A stretch of DNA of 64,000 nt, taken from a phage. Under the pieces are notes generated by a model. It made no database searches. It saw only the letters and a list, made by a program, of their open reading frames with translations, and was not told where the DNA came from. Shown here piece after piece: positions 20,016-30,922 of this stretch; position 1 is the stretch's first letter; each line of letters starts with the position of its first letter. The stretch is from the sequence record PZ534511.1; one strand, written 5' to 3'. The position numbers were made by a program, and so were the translations under genes.

Positions 20016-23000
20016 TTACTTCAGTTTCTCTTGCAACCCAGTAACAACCTCTGTCAATTTTTTAACCTGCTCCTCAAGGGCGGTTATTTTATCATCTTGT
20101 TCTCTGCAAACCTGAACAAGCAATCCTGTTACAGCCGCATAGTCAACATTATAGAATCTTTCCTCGGTCATCAGAGGAATACCATCTTGAGTAGGACCAG
20201 GAACCTCTTTCCTTTTCACGAAAGAACCAACCGCTTCAGGCAATGCTTCCATAACCTCTTGAGCAATTACCCCCGCGTGAGGCATACCATTCTCTTTTAG
20301 AGTGTAGGTATAGCCTTTCATCTTACGGATAGCTTCCAACGCGTTAGGAATAACCTCTATGTTATCCTTCAGGTCACGGTCAGAGCTCTGGCTGACAGCG
20401 GTGCACTCTACTACGCCGTTGACAGCAAAGTACCTTGACTTGGCCTCATCTGTCTTAGCACCACAATGCCATACCCAACTGGCAGATGTAGCGTTGTCGT
20501 TTATCTGAAACTCAAGCACGTTCTTCCTGTCTGCGCCATTACCCCAGTAGTACATTCTGCCTGTATTAGAAGGCATGTTGGAAGTGTTGGTAACATCGGT
20601 CCCACCACCTGTATGTATCATGAACTCTGGGTCAAGATTGGAACCTGCGGTTTTAAGAGTAATTCCCTTACCACCAAGCTGCTGCCAAGGTCCCCATGTG
20701 AAAACACTACCTATTGTTGTTCCATAACGCAGGAATTTTTCCCCAAGATATGATATATACTCCTGTACGCAACTCTCTGGAACATTGGCGTAGTTCCTGT
20801 ACACGATAAGCGTACCTGCCCGGGAGCATGGGTAGTTTCTATCAGGTGTGGCTTGAGCATTGGCCTCCTGATGATAAAAACCTTCCCTATCCCCTTTGTA
20901 GTCGTTAAGGTCATTAATCCCCAGACCTTGCCCTCTGTGTTGTATGACCTTGTTCCACGCTCTATGGTTACCACCCTCGATAGATCTGGTGTATAACTGA
21001 TCAAGGCGTCCAGCCATTTGGAAAGCATAGTTTCCAGAGAACGCCACAGACAGTCCACCAACAACCATCGAGCCTTCTGGTCCGTTAACATTACCCGCCA
21101 TTATTTTTGACGGGTTATTAGACCCAAACTGGTTGTTCCAGTCTCCACCAGTATGACATACAAAACCACCAGGGGCCGAGAAAGTACCGTCTTTGTTGAA
21201 ATTGTAGAATCTGTGAGCTGTGCCCACAACATCGCGAACAATAACTTGACCAGCTTCTGGGGTAGATCTGAACTCTGCCTGACCTTTGAGGCCAGCACCA
21301 TTACCGCATTTAGAGGTAAACGTACCGTTAGTTAGATCCTCTGTTCCATCTGATGCACACTGGAATCCTGCATTAGAGAATAACGCCTTTCTAGGGCTGC
21401 CATAGCACAAATAGTCAATACCGTCAGCCCATAGTTCGACTTTAGGCATGTTCATTTTGCTCATCACCGCATAGCGTTCAGCAGTGCCTATATAGTGCCA
21501 CTGTGTGCCGCCGCCAGTGTAGAACCCAGAGGTACCTTTGAAGTCAACAATAGGTCTGGTGTTGGTATTGTTATCTCCAAGAACAGCAAGATTCAAATCT
21601 GCTGACTGGAGAGGCGCAACAAACTTAACACCGTCCTGATTGTCTGTTACAGCTCCGACCTGGTAATCTTGCTCTCTGGTAAACACTTCTACAACATTTC
21701 TACTTGCGTATACGCTGACAGGGAAAGCACGAGCCTCTACATAGAAAGCAACATACTCTTGTTTACCCCTTGTTGGAGCAACCATCCCAAGAAGTGCTTT
21801 TTCATTCTGGTAGAAATTTACTACCCCGTAGAAAGAGTCTCCTCTGTCTGTCCAGCCCCCAGTTCTGTAATGGCACTGCAGAGTAGCGCAGTTCATAGGG
21901 TCACTGCCGGATGACGATCTGGTAACTATGGTAATATCAGTACCAGTTGCTGGAGCATAGTACGGATCTGTTCTAACGATGATTGGGTAGTATTTCCCAT
22001 CTTCCATCCCTGCAGTTCTTGGCAGTGTTAAGAAATCTTTGACACCCGCAGCTATAGGAACTTTGAACAGATTCTGAGCATCTGCCAGGGTTGTAGCCCC
22101 AGTGCCACCTGCGGCGTGAGATAAAGGTTCCCACTTGGCCTTCCGGTTGTTATAAACACCCCATTCCAGAGTGCCGTTACCGGACTCATCCATCCCACCA
22201 TCCCAGACGACCATCTTGGCGGCTTTCTTGGACCCCCAGAAGCCTCTTTCTGCTCCTGAACTACGAATCCACTCTCCAAGTCCCCAGTTTGTCAGCTGAC
22301 CAGTAAGATCCCCAACCTGCATGTATTTAGGGCAGTCTAACACGCCGTCTTCGCGTAAACCTAAATATCTATGAGTTTCAGATCCTTTTGCACCTTTGTG
22401 CAGGTGGATTGTCAACCAAGCCTTATTGTCGTTTCTTACCTCAGAATAGATCCTATATCCATGCTCAAGGACACCGTCAGTATTATATTTATCTCCATGG
22501 AGAATACCTGAGGCCGATTTAACATCTCCCGAGTATTGAGCTAAGTAAAGGTGCCCGAAGGCTGGCGAGTTGTTTTTACCAAGGCCAATATGAGATCTGA
22601 AGGTATCATCGTTACGAGGTCTGACCATCGGCTGCCATGCAGTCCACTGATTTGTGTTGGCCTGATAGGTTCTCAAATACCAAACATCTACGTTAGAGAA
22701 TGGATAGTATTCCTGACGACAACCTGTACCGCCGTTAGCATTGTTCTGCCAAACAATCAAGTGACCAGCACCAGAACCTGCAGGGTAACCATTTGCCTCA
22801 GTTGCATTAGCAGTCATCGGCTGGTAGTATATACCATCCTGATTACCAGTCAAATTATTGATATTGAAATTTGCATCAAGCGCAGCACGCTGCTTATAGA
22901 AAGCACCGATATTGATACGGACTCCAGCGGCATCTCTAGCCCCTGTGCCGCCTTGCTCTATAGCAAGAGGTTGCCACGAAGCTGTTTGTTGGTTCCACAT

Positions 23001-23816
23001 ACCCCAACGGCCTGTTGCATCAAGCTGCAAGTACCCTGCCGTATTTAAATCATCTCCAGCACGGATAACTGTTCTTGTTGGGTTATTTGTCTCTAGGCGT
23101 TTAAATTCATCACGAAGTGCTATTCTTTTTGTTGTTGCTACACCGTTGGTTACTGCAATGGTGTACATAGCTCCGGTGGTAGCGCCACGGAAAATACCAT
23201 CAACAGTTGTAGTATCACGACGAGATACCACACCGTTCAGAAATTTTTCACCAGCTGCTACAGAAGGGTAGTTGGTAGTTCTTCCCTCTTCAATAACTGC
23301 AGGGCCAACAAAGTTATCAAGGTGAATAACATCGCCTACAGTGTGCACTGTACCAAAATCTACACGCTGTGCAAGTGCTTTAGCATCGTTAGCTGTCTGA
23401 ACAGTAACATCCATTACATCCTGGACAGACTGCCCTTCGGCTGTCATGATCATAGATGCGCCAATGGTAGATTCCAGCTCCTCCCTTAGGGACGGGTCAG
23501 TATATACCATCCATGCAGCGTCAGTAATCCCACCATCAGCGTACGGTGAAGACAGTGCAGGAACAGTGTGTGGAAATTCGCCTTTCCAACGCAGGTAGAG
23601 GTCTTCCTCTTCGAAGTAGGCAAAATCCATTGGGCCGTTTAACTTACCACCTTCCTTAAAGGAGATTACATGAGAAACAGTCCCATCCACATGGACAACA
23701 TCGCCAATTTTTACACGACGAGTCAGGTCTGGTTGTTGAACAACCAGGTAATCATCCTCTGTCACTGCGGTAGTGGCAGGAAGAGATTCAATTCTGACAA
23801 CTTTAATATCAGCCAT
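20016..23816 (-). CDS. long tail fiber with C-terminal intramolecular chaperone (peptidase S74-like) domain
   Basis: 1266 aa; C-terminus SSDRDLKDNIEVIPNALEAIRKMKGYTYTLKENGMPHAGVIAQEV...coiled coil matches autoproteolytic chaperone of endosialidase/T5 L-shaped fibre type; N-terminal domain shared with 26451..27119. Confidence 0.6.
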   Translation of the reverse strand: MADIKVVRIESLPATTAVTEDDYLVVQQPDLTRRVKIGDVVHVDGTVSHVISFKEGGKLNGPMDFAYFEEEDLYLRWKGEFPHTVPALSSPYADGGITDAAWMVYTDPSLREELESTIGASMIMTAEGQSVQDVMDVTVQTANDAKALAQRVDFGTVHTVGDVIHLDNFVGPAVIEEGRTTNYPSVAAGEKFLNGVVSRRDTTTVDGIFRGATTGAMYTIAVTNGVATTKRIALRDEFKRLETNNPTRTVIRAGDDLNTAGYLQLDATGRWGMWNQQTASWQPLAIEQGGTGARDAAGVRINIGAFYKQRAALDANFNINNLTGNQDGIYYQPMTANATEANGYPAGSGAGHLIVWQNNANGGTGCRQEYYPFSNVDVWYLRTYQANTNQWTAWQPMVRPRNDDTFRSHIGLGKNNSPAFGHLYLAQYSGDVKSASGILHGDKYNTDGVLEHGYRIYSEVRNDNKAWLTIHLHKGAKGSETHRYLGLREDGVLDCPKYMQVGDLTGQLTNWGLGEWIRSSGAERGFWGSKKAAKMVVWDGGMDESGNGTLEWGVYNNRKAKWEPLSHAAGGTGATTLADAQNLFKVPIAAGVKDFLTLPRTAGMEDGKYYPIIVRTDPYYAPATGTDITIVTRSSSGSDPMNCATLQCHYRTGGWTDRGDSFYGVVNFYQNEKALLGMVAPTRGKQEYVAFYVEARAFPVSVYASRNVVEVFTREQDYQVGAVTDNQDGVKFVAPLQSADLNLAVLGDNNTNTRPIVDFKGTSGFYTGGGTQWHYIGTAERYAVMSKMNMPKVELWADGIDYLCYGSPRKALFSNAGFQCASDGTEDLTNGTFTSKCGNGAGLKGQAEFRSTPEAGQVIVRDVVGTAHRFYNFNKDGTFSAPGGFVCHTGGDWNNQFGSNNPSKIMAGNVNGPEGSMVVGGLSVAFSGNYAFQMAGRLDQLYTRSIEGGNHRAWNKVIQHRGQGLGINDLNDYKGDREGFYHQEANAQATPDRNYPCSRAGTLIVYRNYANVPESCVQEYISYLGEKFLRYGTTIGSVFTWGPWQQLGGKGITLKTAGSNLDPEFMIHTGGGTDVTNTSNMPSNTGRMYYWGNGADRKNVLEFQINDNATSASWVWHCGAKTDEAKSRYFAVNGVVECTAVSQSSDRDLKDNIEVIPNALEAIRKMKGYTYTLKENGMPHAGVIAQEVMEALPEAVGSFVKRKEVPGPTQDGIPLMTEERFYNVDYAAVTGLLVQVCREQDDKITALEEQVKKLTEVVTGLQEKLK

Positions 23817-23851
23817 TCTTTCTCCTGAAAGGGGGCAAACAGCCCCCTATG

Positions 23852-26449
23852 TTAAAGGTACAATCCACGGTATTGAGCATAAAGACCCAGACCGCGAAGG
23901 ATTTCGCCAGAGTGATAGCCAACCGGATCAGAAACTGCCCAGCAGCCGTTTAAAATATTATCCCCATTAATGAAGTGGTGCTTTTGCAGTAGCTTCACAC
24001 AGGCTTCTACAACAATATCTATTTGAGGTATTGTCTCTGAATACCCGCACAGACCTAGCCAGCAGCAACCTGCAAGCCATTCACCTACCACCCACATCCT
24101 GTCCCCTCTGTCTTGATAAGAGTATCCCCCAGAGGTGTTAAAGTCTGTAGGCAGATTTCCTGAATGAGATGACTGGAATCTGTTGAGGAACCATGCCCAT
24201 TTCTGGCAGAACAGGAACAGTCTTTCATCAACAGGTTCTTTATGTTTCTTGAGCTCATATATTGTGCGGCACGCAGCAACAAAAGATCTTGACTGGAGCT
24301 TAGAGTTATCTACCATCTCCCACCAACCAGTCAACCCTTCATTGCCTCTCTGCCATACATAACGTGAGGCAACTGGACCCTCTGTCCTAAATGTATTATT
24401 ATACCAGACTTGAGCGTCATACAGAAAGCCTATTGTATTTGACAATCTATGGCGATCTATGTTTTCTGCACCCATGCAGTAGACTGCTGGGTATTGCATG
24501 CCAGGGTAGGGCCAATTTGGCTTTTCCTCTAAGAGATAGTTTTCCTTATCTATCACCTTTCCGGCAGGGAACACACCCGGTGTGTGCCTGTATGCACCTT
24601 GCTTGTAGTTTCTGACATAGCAATCGCCAACCTTAGCGGTTGATTCTGTCTTGCTTGCCATCCACACGCTAAACCAGATTAGATAAGCATCCCTATCTGC
24701 AATATAGAATTGCGGCAGCGTGTTGACGCAATACAGATCAAACAAGCCATTACCTATCTGCCTGTCGCTTAGACTGAAATCTACAGAGGTTAGTCCCTTA
24801 GGATTAGCAAAGAAAGGTTTAATCTCTTCTTCGGTGTGATGAGGTTGTGTCGGATCTAGTTTGAAATCTCCTAGAGTAAGAGTTTCTGTTATCCATTGTC
24901 CATTGGTGGCATATAGATCAGCATACCATAACCACCTGTCTTTGTCAAGAAATTTGACCCTTACCATCTCATCATCTGATCGATAAGTTACTGAGTTTAA
25001 AGAAATCTCTCTTCCAAAATTGAAAGTTACTTTACCTCTTGCTATATTACAACGGGTGAAGTTGTCAGAGTGGTTGTAAATGTCGGTATCATACTGCATA
25101 CTAACACTAGCACCACCGCTTACGGCAATGTTTTCCTCTTTAGGTAAGAGATACGGATTACCGTCTTTACCAACCACCTCTACGAAATCGGTAACCTTGG
25201 CAACTATTTCTGTTACCTCTGCCCTTCCAAAAGGAACCCCTATCCTGTACTGTTTTTTGTTATTGTTGCCATCATTAAGGATGAAATGTGGCTGGAACAG
25301 AACCCCCTCTCCTCCGAAATTCATAACAATTTCAGCATCTCTGCCTATTTTGTATGTAGTCCCTTTTTGGATTATTTCGCAAGGCTGGCGTGCGTTCATT
25401 CTAAAATTGATATACCCGTCACTGTCCCTGCTCATGACAGGAACTGTTCCTGCAACAAGACAAGTACCATCTGTAAACGGTGCCTTAATCAACGTGGTCT
25501 TTCTAAACAATTTGTCGTAGGCGTTTATATCACTGAAATTAAGCAGTTTGTTGTAAGACTGTTCAAACGCGGTGTAATACTTTTCCTCACCTGTCAAGGT
25601 GTAGAGTTGATAACAAGCGTCACACCACATTTCTTCCCCGTCCAACTCTGGGGCCTGATTATCTGCAACCACGTTTATAGGATTTACAATTACAGGGGAT
25701 CCTGCAGGTATCACCGATCCACCCTGCTCCTGAGGTAATCTTACACAATAGGTCACCTTGTGGCTGCCTGTAACACCCTTATCTTGTAATTGGATTGTGC
25801 CGAACTCTACAGACGTATGACCACTGTCGGCTATGCTACCGTTAGCCCAATAGCGGTTACCATCCCATGCTATGTACCACTCAACCCACCAACTTAATCC
25901 GGATGTTGTCCAATCTGGGTTAGCATCTGTGCCACCGTAAACATCAGAGTCTACAGTGTTTCTTCCTAACACACCGTTATACGCTTGGAATGCCTTGTCC
26001 AGGTATTCCCCCCATGTCGGAGATCCAGCTGGGATTTTTCCTCTACCGTTGGTAAAAGACACCACCACATCTTTAAACCCACCGTGTGATGGAACCCCAT
26101 CTGTGGATAGAGGGTAGTGGGACAATCTTTGCATTTTACTTTCTACGGCATATGCACCCAGAAGATGACTATTGTAAGCTTCCCAAGCATCTTTTGCCCT
26201 ATCCAGATAGAAATCGCTTTTCGATGCCCTGTATGCTTCAATGTATCCCAGAATCAACACAGCTTGGGACTCATGCATTGCCCAATCGTTATTTATCTTA
26301 TTACCTGCCCACCCTGCAGCTATAAGACCATCAGGGTTTACTAGCTTATTTTGTGTAGGTGTGTTGGTAATACCTGTGTTGTTATCGAGGCACTTCCTGT
26401 GCCCCTCAATCATCTGAAATACGTTATCAATGTTGTGTTGAATACGCAT
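23852..26449 (-). CDS. tailspike/tail-associated protein, possible glycan-hydrolase fold (865 aa)
   Basis: ORF track; Trp/Tyr/Asp-rich sequence; sits between two fibre genes; function inferred only. Confidence 0.35.
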   Translation of the reverse strand: MRIQHNIDNVFQMIEGHRKCLDNNTGITNTPTQNKLVNPDGLIAAGWAGNKINNDWAMHESQAVLILGYIEAYRASKSDFYLDRAKDAWEAYNSHLLGAYAVESKMQRLSHYPLSTDGVPSHGGFKDVVVSFTNGRGKIPAGSPTWGEYLDKAFQAYNGVLGRNTVDSDVYGGTDANPDWTTSGLSWWVEWYIAWDGNRYWANGSIADSGHTSVEFGTIQLQDKGVTGSHKVTYCVRLPQEQGGSVIPAGSPVIVNPINVVADNQAPELDGEEMWCDACYQLYTLTGEEKYYTAFEQSYNKLLNFSDINAYDKLFRKTTLIKAPFTDGTCLVAGTVPVMSRDSDGYINFRMNARQPCEIIQKGTTYKIGRDAEIVMNFGGEGVLFQPHFILNDGNNNKKQYRIGVPFGRAEVTEIVAKVTDFVEVVGKDGNPYLLPKEENIAVSGGASVSMQYDTDIYNHSDNFTRCNIARGKVTFNFGREISLNSVTYRSDDEMVRVKFLDKDRWLWYADLYATNGQWITETLTLGDFKLDPTQPHHTEEEIKPFFANPKGLTSVDFSLSDRQIGNGLFDLYCVNTLPQFYIADRDAYLIWFSVWMASKTESTAKVGDCYVRNYKQGAYRHTPGVFPAGKVIDKENYLLEEKPNWPYPGMQYPAVYCMGAENIDRHRLSNTIGFLYDAQVWYNNTFRTEGPVASRYVWQRGNEGLTGWWEMVDNSKLQSRSFVAACRTIYELKKHKEPVDERLFLFCQKWAWFLNRFQSSHSGNLPTDFNTSGGYSYQDRGDRMWVVGEWLAGCCWLGLCGYSETIPQIDIVVEACVKLLQKHHFINGDNILNGCWAVSDPVGYHSGEILRGLGLYAQYRGLYL

Positions 26450-26450
26450 C

Positions 26451-27119
26451 TTAGATAGCTCCTGCGATAATCAGTGCCCCGTACCAAGTTAACCCGTTGT
26501 CGTAGGTTTCCAACTTGAAAATATCTGTTGCACCAGCTGTAAATGTTAGGATAGGATCTCTTCCGTAGGACCATTTAACATTACCAGGCCAATAGACTTT
26601 GTTGCCGCCAGAGGTCTGAGTAATGCATACGGTTATAGTCCTCGCCACCCCTTCAAGACCTTCTGTTTGATTTTCAAAAGAGATTGTGGTATTTGAAGTT
26701 AGTCGAACCTTAAAGGTATCCGCAACTTCAAGATCCATATCAAGCTGACCACCGATAGATCCGTAATCAACTATTCTGCCAGAAGAAGTTGCAGCAAGCT
26801 CACCAAAAACAGACCAGGCATTTGCAGACACACCCCCAGCACCCTCTACAGTGGAGTCTGGGAGGATTATTTTAGGATAATCCCCGTTCCACGTGTAGTA
26901 GCGCTTAGTTTCTGGATCATAAGCAAAGTCCTTCTTGCTCTTAAGATAACCACCCTCTGTGAAATAGACTATCTTAGTGATGCTAAGATCGTTGACAACA
27001 TCGTCAATCTTAGCCTTTCTTGTCCCATCAGTCTGGTTGACAACCAAGAAGTCATCACTCAGGACTGTTTCTGCATCTTCAAGATCTGGAATTGGTATTG
27101 TAGGATAAGCTACAGCCAT
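26451..27119 (-). CDS. short tail fiber/adaptor protein (222 aa)
   Basis: N-terminus (LEDAETVLSDDFLVVNQTDGTRKAKIDDVV...FTEGGYLKSKKDFAYDPETKRYYTWNGDYP) parallels N-terminus of 20016..23816. Confidence 0.4.
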   Translation of the reverse strand: MAVAYPTIPIPDLEDAETVLSDDFLVVNQTDGTRKAKIDDVVNDLSITKIVYFTEGGYLKSKKDFAYDPETKRYYTWNGDYPKIILPDSTVEGAGGVSANAWSVFGELAATSSGRIVDYGSIGGQLDMDLEVADTFKVRLTSNTTISFENQTEGLEGVARTITVCITQTSGGNKVYWPGNVKWSYGRDPILTFTAGATDIFKLETYDNGLTWYGALIIAGAI

Positions 27120-27128
27120 GATTTCTCC

Positions 27129-27845
27129 TTAGTTAACATCAATAGCACGACCAGACTGGTTGGCAATAGCCTCATCATTGGAGGTAGCAATAACACCAGA
27201 GTATTCGCGCTCATCTGGAGCAAGCGTCCAGGTATTGCGGTTAATGGTTTGTTCTGCCTCAGTCATCAGCAGATCTTTATCCTGAGTCAACAGAGAGCCT
27301 ACAGGGATCGGGTTTTCCATCTCAGGACCAGCATACTGGTTCCACCATGTGGCATCTCCGGTTCTAGGCAATCTGAAGTTGATCAGATAGTACAGTTTAT
27401 TAGCCCACTTAATCCAACCCTCATCATCACAGAGGGAGGTTGTCCCAGAATCAGGCTGTGGGTAGGTGAACTGATCAAGACCTACAAAAGCCAGCCTTAC
27501 AATCTCGTTCTCTTTGGTAACAACCTCAAAGAACGCTTGGTATGTTCTCGATCTTCTATCCATGGTGGATTGGAAGTTTATGATGTTTAGCACATCCGGC
27601 TCTTGTCTTGCCACTTCCATAATCTTGTTATCAAGAACAGTCTTCATGACCTTCTTGCTGAGAAAGTCCATATAAGGGAAGCCAAACAGCTCGTCAAAGT
27701 ACCAGCTCCCCTTCCACGTATTAAATCTCATCCACAAGCGCTGGCGCAGACTTACCTGGTTTGAATCTATCAACTCAAGACCTTTGTCTATCGCCAAATC
27801 GCCTGTCTGTGGGTCCATCAATATATCACTATAAAGCGTAGCCAT
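27129..27845 (-). CDS. baseplate protein (238 aa)
   Basis: ORF track; operon position between spike-like protein and fibres. Confidence 0.3.
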   Translation of the reverse strand: MATLYSDILMDPQTGDLAIDKGLELIDSNQVSLRQRLWMRFNTWKGSWYFDELFGFPYMDFLSKKVMKTVLDNKIMEVARQEPDVLNIINFQSTMDRRSRTYQAFFEVVTKENEIVRLAFVGLDQFTYPQPDSGTTSLCDDEGWIKWANKLYYLINFRLPRTGDATWWNQYAGPEMENPIPVGSLLTQDKDLLMTEAEQTINRNTWTLAPDEREYSGVIATSNDEAIANQSGRAIDVN

Positions 27846-27857
27846 GAAAGCCCTCTA

Positions 27858-28535
27858 TTAGTGCGGTCCACTTGTCTCGCCATCAGGGCAAGAGTGGGTA
27901 TGACCTTTATATTCTGCATAGAATGAATCCAAATCCACGCCAGCAGCAGTTATAATTCTACCAGATGGGTCTATTGTGGCACCATTCATTCTGATATTTC
28001 CATCCACAGCAGCTCGCAAATTGGCAGCACCGTTAGTGAAAGAAAACTCCCCGCTGCTGTCGCACCGTAATGTTCCACCCGGTGTCTGAAGCTCAAAATC
28101 GCCAGAAGGTGTCAGTTTAAAATAAACCCTATCATTCCATAACTCTACGTTATCAGGATCGATCTGTAAAGCGTTTGAGTCTGAATGAACGGAGGTGATT
28201 GCCCACCCTGGAAACAGGCCGTGAGTTTGTTGATCGTCGTTATTGTTTTCATTCCTCTCTGAAAACTGCAATCCTACAACATCTCCGGCCTTAATAGGAA
28301 GTGTTAACCTTGCCTTTCCGCTGTTTGCAGACATCACCTGAATTGGAACGTCATAGATAAGGGGGTATCTCTCCACATCTCCGTCATCAAACGTGGTTTC
28401 AGCTATTGGCTGCACAGATGCAGAAGGGATACTGTAGTCTACACTGACAACTCTGGCCCTGATACTGGTGTGGTAGTCCCTCATTATTTTTTCTATGAAG
28501 GATCTTACAGCAGCATCTTTCCTATTTATTGCCAT
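27858..28535 (-). CDS. baseplate hub/spike-like protein (225 aa)
   Basis: ORF track; position downstream of tape measure; weak recollection of gpV/gp45-like N-terminus. Confidence 0.3.
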   Translation of the reverse strand: MAINRKDAAVRSFIEKIMRDYHTSIRARVVSVDYSIPSASVQPIAETTFDDGDVERYPLIYDVPIQVMSANSGKARLTLPIKAGDVVGLQFSERNENNNDDQQTHGLFPGWAITSVHSDSNALQIDPDNVELWNDRVYFKLTPSGDFELQTPGGTLRCDSSGEFSFTNGAANLRAAVDGNIRMNGATIDPSGRIITAAGVDLDSFYAEYKGHTHSCPDGETSGPH

Positions 28536-29539
28536 TATACCTCCTCAGTTTTGTCAACAACTCCACCCACTGTTTCCCCAAGGCCAAGCTCTGTAGTGTA
28601 ATCACCTCCTTCTATGGTGCCCTTATGATGCACCGTGATCACCTTATAGAATCCTGTATATTGCTTGCTTTTAAGATAAATAGTGGACTCTGGGAGGATA
28701 GCTCCGTTAAGGCATGTGGTTACAGTAAGGCCAACATCCTCTCTCGGGTTTTTCTTTTTCTTTTTAGATGTCGAACCGCCTTTGGCAGCAGCTTTAGCTT
28801 TTCGTTTTTTAGCAGGTTCTGGGTTTTTAGGGGTAGGCGATCCGTGCATCCCAGACTCTGCACTTATTTCAAACACAGAGTCTTTGAACCTTTTTCCAAC
28901 CTTGGTCCAATACAAAGCTCCATCCTGAACGCTAAATGTGGAGTTGGTCAGCCTTGCAAACCTGCGGAGGTTCTCTGCAGTGTTTCCAGAGAAAGCCATA
29001 GAGTATTGCAAAGTCTGGTTTCCAAAACCCACAACCCTACCTTTTGGCAAGTTCATATCCTTCAGCAGGTCATTAAGCACAGAGTTCAGAGGTGTACCTT
29101 TCTGATAAGATCTTGTGCTTTGGCACTTAATAATGTTCTCAGTACCATCTCCAAAGATGAACTTAGTTTTTCTGGTCGGACCTTCCCATCTGTCTTCAAC
29201 AAACTCTACAGTTCCGGAGAATATTAACTGGTTCTCATCATCATATCCAGCTTCAAACATAACTGCAAGGGCATCAGCCTGATGCATATCCAGATAGTTA
29301 ACTGTATCGTCAGACAGGTTGTAAACTGTCACATAACCTTTGTTTGGCTCTTTGGTATTATCCTTTTGTATGTCAAACTCTATATTGGCAGCACCAGTGT
29401 CAGAGCTAACTTCATAAACTCCGGAATCACTCTCCCCTTTCTTTTCAACAGATTTTGGGATATTGGTTTTTGATTTACCGCCATGTTCTACAGGACGACC
29501 AAACAATAATCGCCATGTTCTACGTCTGTACTCCGCCAT
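28535..29539 (-). CDS. tail/baseplate protein with Lys-rich segment (334 aa)
   Basis: ORF track; KKRKAKAAAKGGSTSKKKKK low-complexity tract. Confidence 0.3.
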   Translation of the reverse strand: MAEYRRRTWRLLFGRPVEHGGKSKTNIPKSVEKKGESDSGVYEVSSDTGAANIEFDIQKDNTKEPNKGYVTVYNLSDDTVNYLDMHQADALAVMFEAGYDDENQLIFSGTVEFVEDRWEGPTRKTKFIFGDGTENIIKCQSTRSYQKGTPLNSVLNDLLKDMNLPKGRVVGFGNQTLQYSMAFSGNTAENLRRFARLTNSTFSVQDGALYWTKVGKRFKDSVFEISAESGMHGSPTPKNPEPAKKRKAKAAAKGGSTSKKKKKNPREDVGLTVTTCLNGAILPESTIYLKSKQYTGFYKVITVHHKGTIEGGDYTTELGLGETVGGVVDKTEEV

Positions 29540-29919
29540 TATTCTAACCCTTGCTGTTCCTTGTAAAGATCAACCGGGGTGCCGTATACAAGTTGTAGCT
29601 CAGATCTCGCCCCAAGGTTATATCTTCCAACCCTGCCCCAATATTGATCGTCTTTAAACGACAGCGCCATCAGTCTACCTTTCGGTAAATCATCTCGGTA
29701 ATGCAGTCCGTCTAAAATATCTTGACAAGCTGTTACTTTTCTGGTTACTAAAGGGCTGTCACCTACCGGACCAAGAGATAACCACCAGGACTCATCCCTC
29801 TCATTCCATTGCATACGCATTTCATACGTTTCGTTGTCTAAAACAACACGCATGGTTTGATCAGGAAAGCCGTCAATGTCCCACACAAAGGTGATTATGC
29901 ACCAATCTTTAAGCTCCAT
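29539..29919 (-). CDS. tail protein (126 aa)
   Basis: ORF track; ATGA start/stop overlap with neighbour. Confidence 0.3.
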   Translation of the reverse strand: MELKDWCIITFVWDIDGFPDQTMRVVLDNETYEMRMQWNERDESWWLSLGPVGDSPLVTRKVTACQDILDGLHYRDDLPKGRLMALSFKDDQYWGRVGRYNLGARSELQLVYGTPVDLYKEQQGLE

Positions 29920-29931
29920 TATACGCTCCCC

Positions 29932-30843
29932 TTATTTCCCGTTAACTTTGTTGTAGTTCCCCTGCTCAGATGGGACTATGGTAGAAGGTCTTCCATATTC
30001 CTGATAATACCAATCCGCAGCCGATTGGGTAACACCGTTTTCATCTGTCCACATCATGGATTTGTATGGCTGCCACTCCTCTGCAGCATTTGTGGATGCA
30101 GTGTCTGCGAATGCTCCTGTGTCCCTCTTGTTACCTACGTTACTACCATTCTTACAGTCGTTGACAGCACCTTTTTGTTGGGTCTTGCCTACTTTCTTAG
30201 GATTGCTGTATACAGTTGCATTAACAACCTTGTTCAAGTAGAATGTGCGGAACTCTGTAAGTTCTACATCAAAAACCATTGCAGCACCTTCACCAACAGA
30301 CTTGCTGGCAGAAAGGCTGGTTATAATGTAGTTCTCAAGGAGTCTTTCCTCGGTAACCAAAGAAACCAATTGGCGCTTATTAATGATCTCAGTCAAAGCC
30401 TCCAGTGCAGCGCCCGGTCGCATAGATGCTGCAGGGTTTTTAGAGTCAGTATTCCTGTCAATGTAGTTTTGCTCATAGATTATATGTGGTGATGTATTTA
30501 CCCTACCAGTAAAAGAAAATACACCATCTTTAATTACAGCGTGGTCTGACAGGGTAGACTTATCTTCCACTGCAAAACTAGTTTTATCAACAGAATGTTT
30601 GAAAGAATAGTTCTCAACCTGGTCGAAGATAATGGCAAGATCGTTAGTAAAGTTTTTACCCTTCATCTCCGTATTGCGACCACCATAGTTAAGACCGCTG
30701 ACAAACATAGTGTACTTTACATCGCTTTCAGTTTGCTGCTCTGCCTTTTCAGCCTTTGGAGATTTAACCTCTTGAGGCTTGTACAGGTCTTTTTCATCAA
30801 CTATATTGCTTGGCATAACCTCTCCAGGACACTCCGATACCAT
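29932..30843 (-). CDS. tail protein downstream of tape measure (303 aa)
   Basis: ORF track; first gene after tape measure in operon. Confidence 0.3.
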   Translation of the reverse strand: MVSECPGEVMPSNIVDEKDLYKPQEVKSPKAEKAEQQTESDVKYTMFVSGLNYGGRNTEMKGKNFTNDLAIIFDQVENYSFKHSVDKTSFAVEDKSTLSDHAVIKDGVFSFTGRVNTSPHIIYEQNYIDRNTDSKNPAASMRPGAALEALTEIINKRQLVSLVTEERLLENYIITSLSASKSVGEGAAMVFDVELTEFRTFYLNKVVNATVYSNPKKVGKTQQKGAVNDCKNGSNVGNKRDTGAFADTASTNAAEEWQPYKSMMWTDENGVTQSAADWYYQEYGRPSTIVPSEQGNYNKVNGK

Positions 30844-30879
30844 CTAGATATTGTATCATAAAATAGCCGTTTTTACAAC

Positions 30880-30908
30880 ACCGATAAAATAAAGGGGGCC
30901 GGAGCCCC
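30880..30908 (-). terminator. rho-independent terminator after tape measure gene
   Basis: gggggc-cgga-gccccc hairpin (30892-30907) with U-run on minus RNA. Confidence 0.55.
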
Positions 30909-30922
30909 CCCTGCACAGTTTA

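Noticed and set aside
23829-23845. gggggc-aaaca-gccccc hairpin as a terminator
   Set aside because: It sits only 12 nt upstream of the fibre gene start with a short U-run overlapping the RBS; more likely an mRNA 5' structure or weak attenuator.
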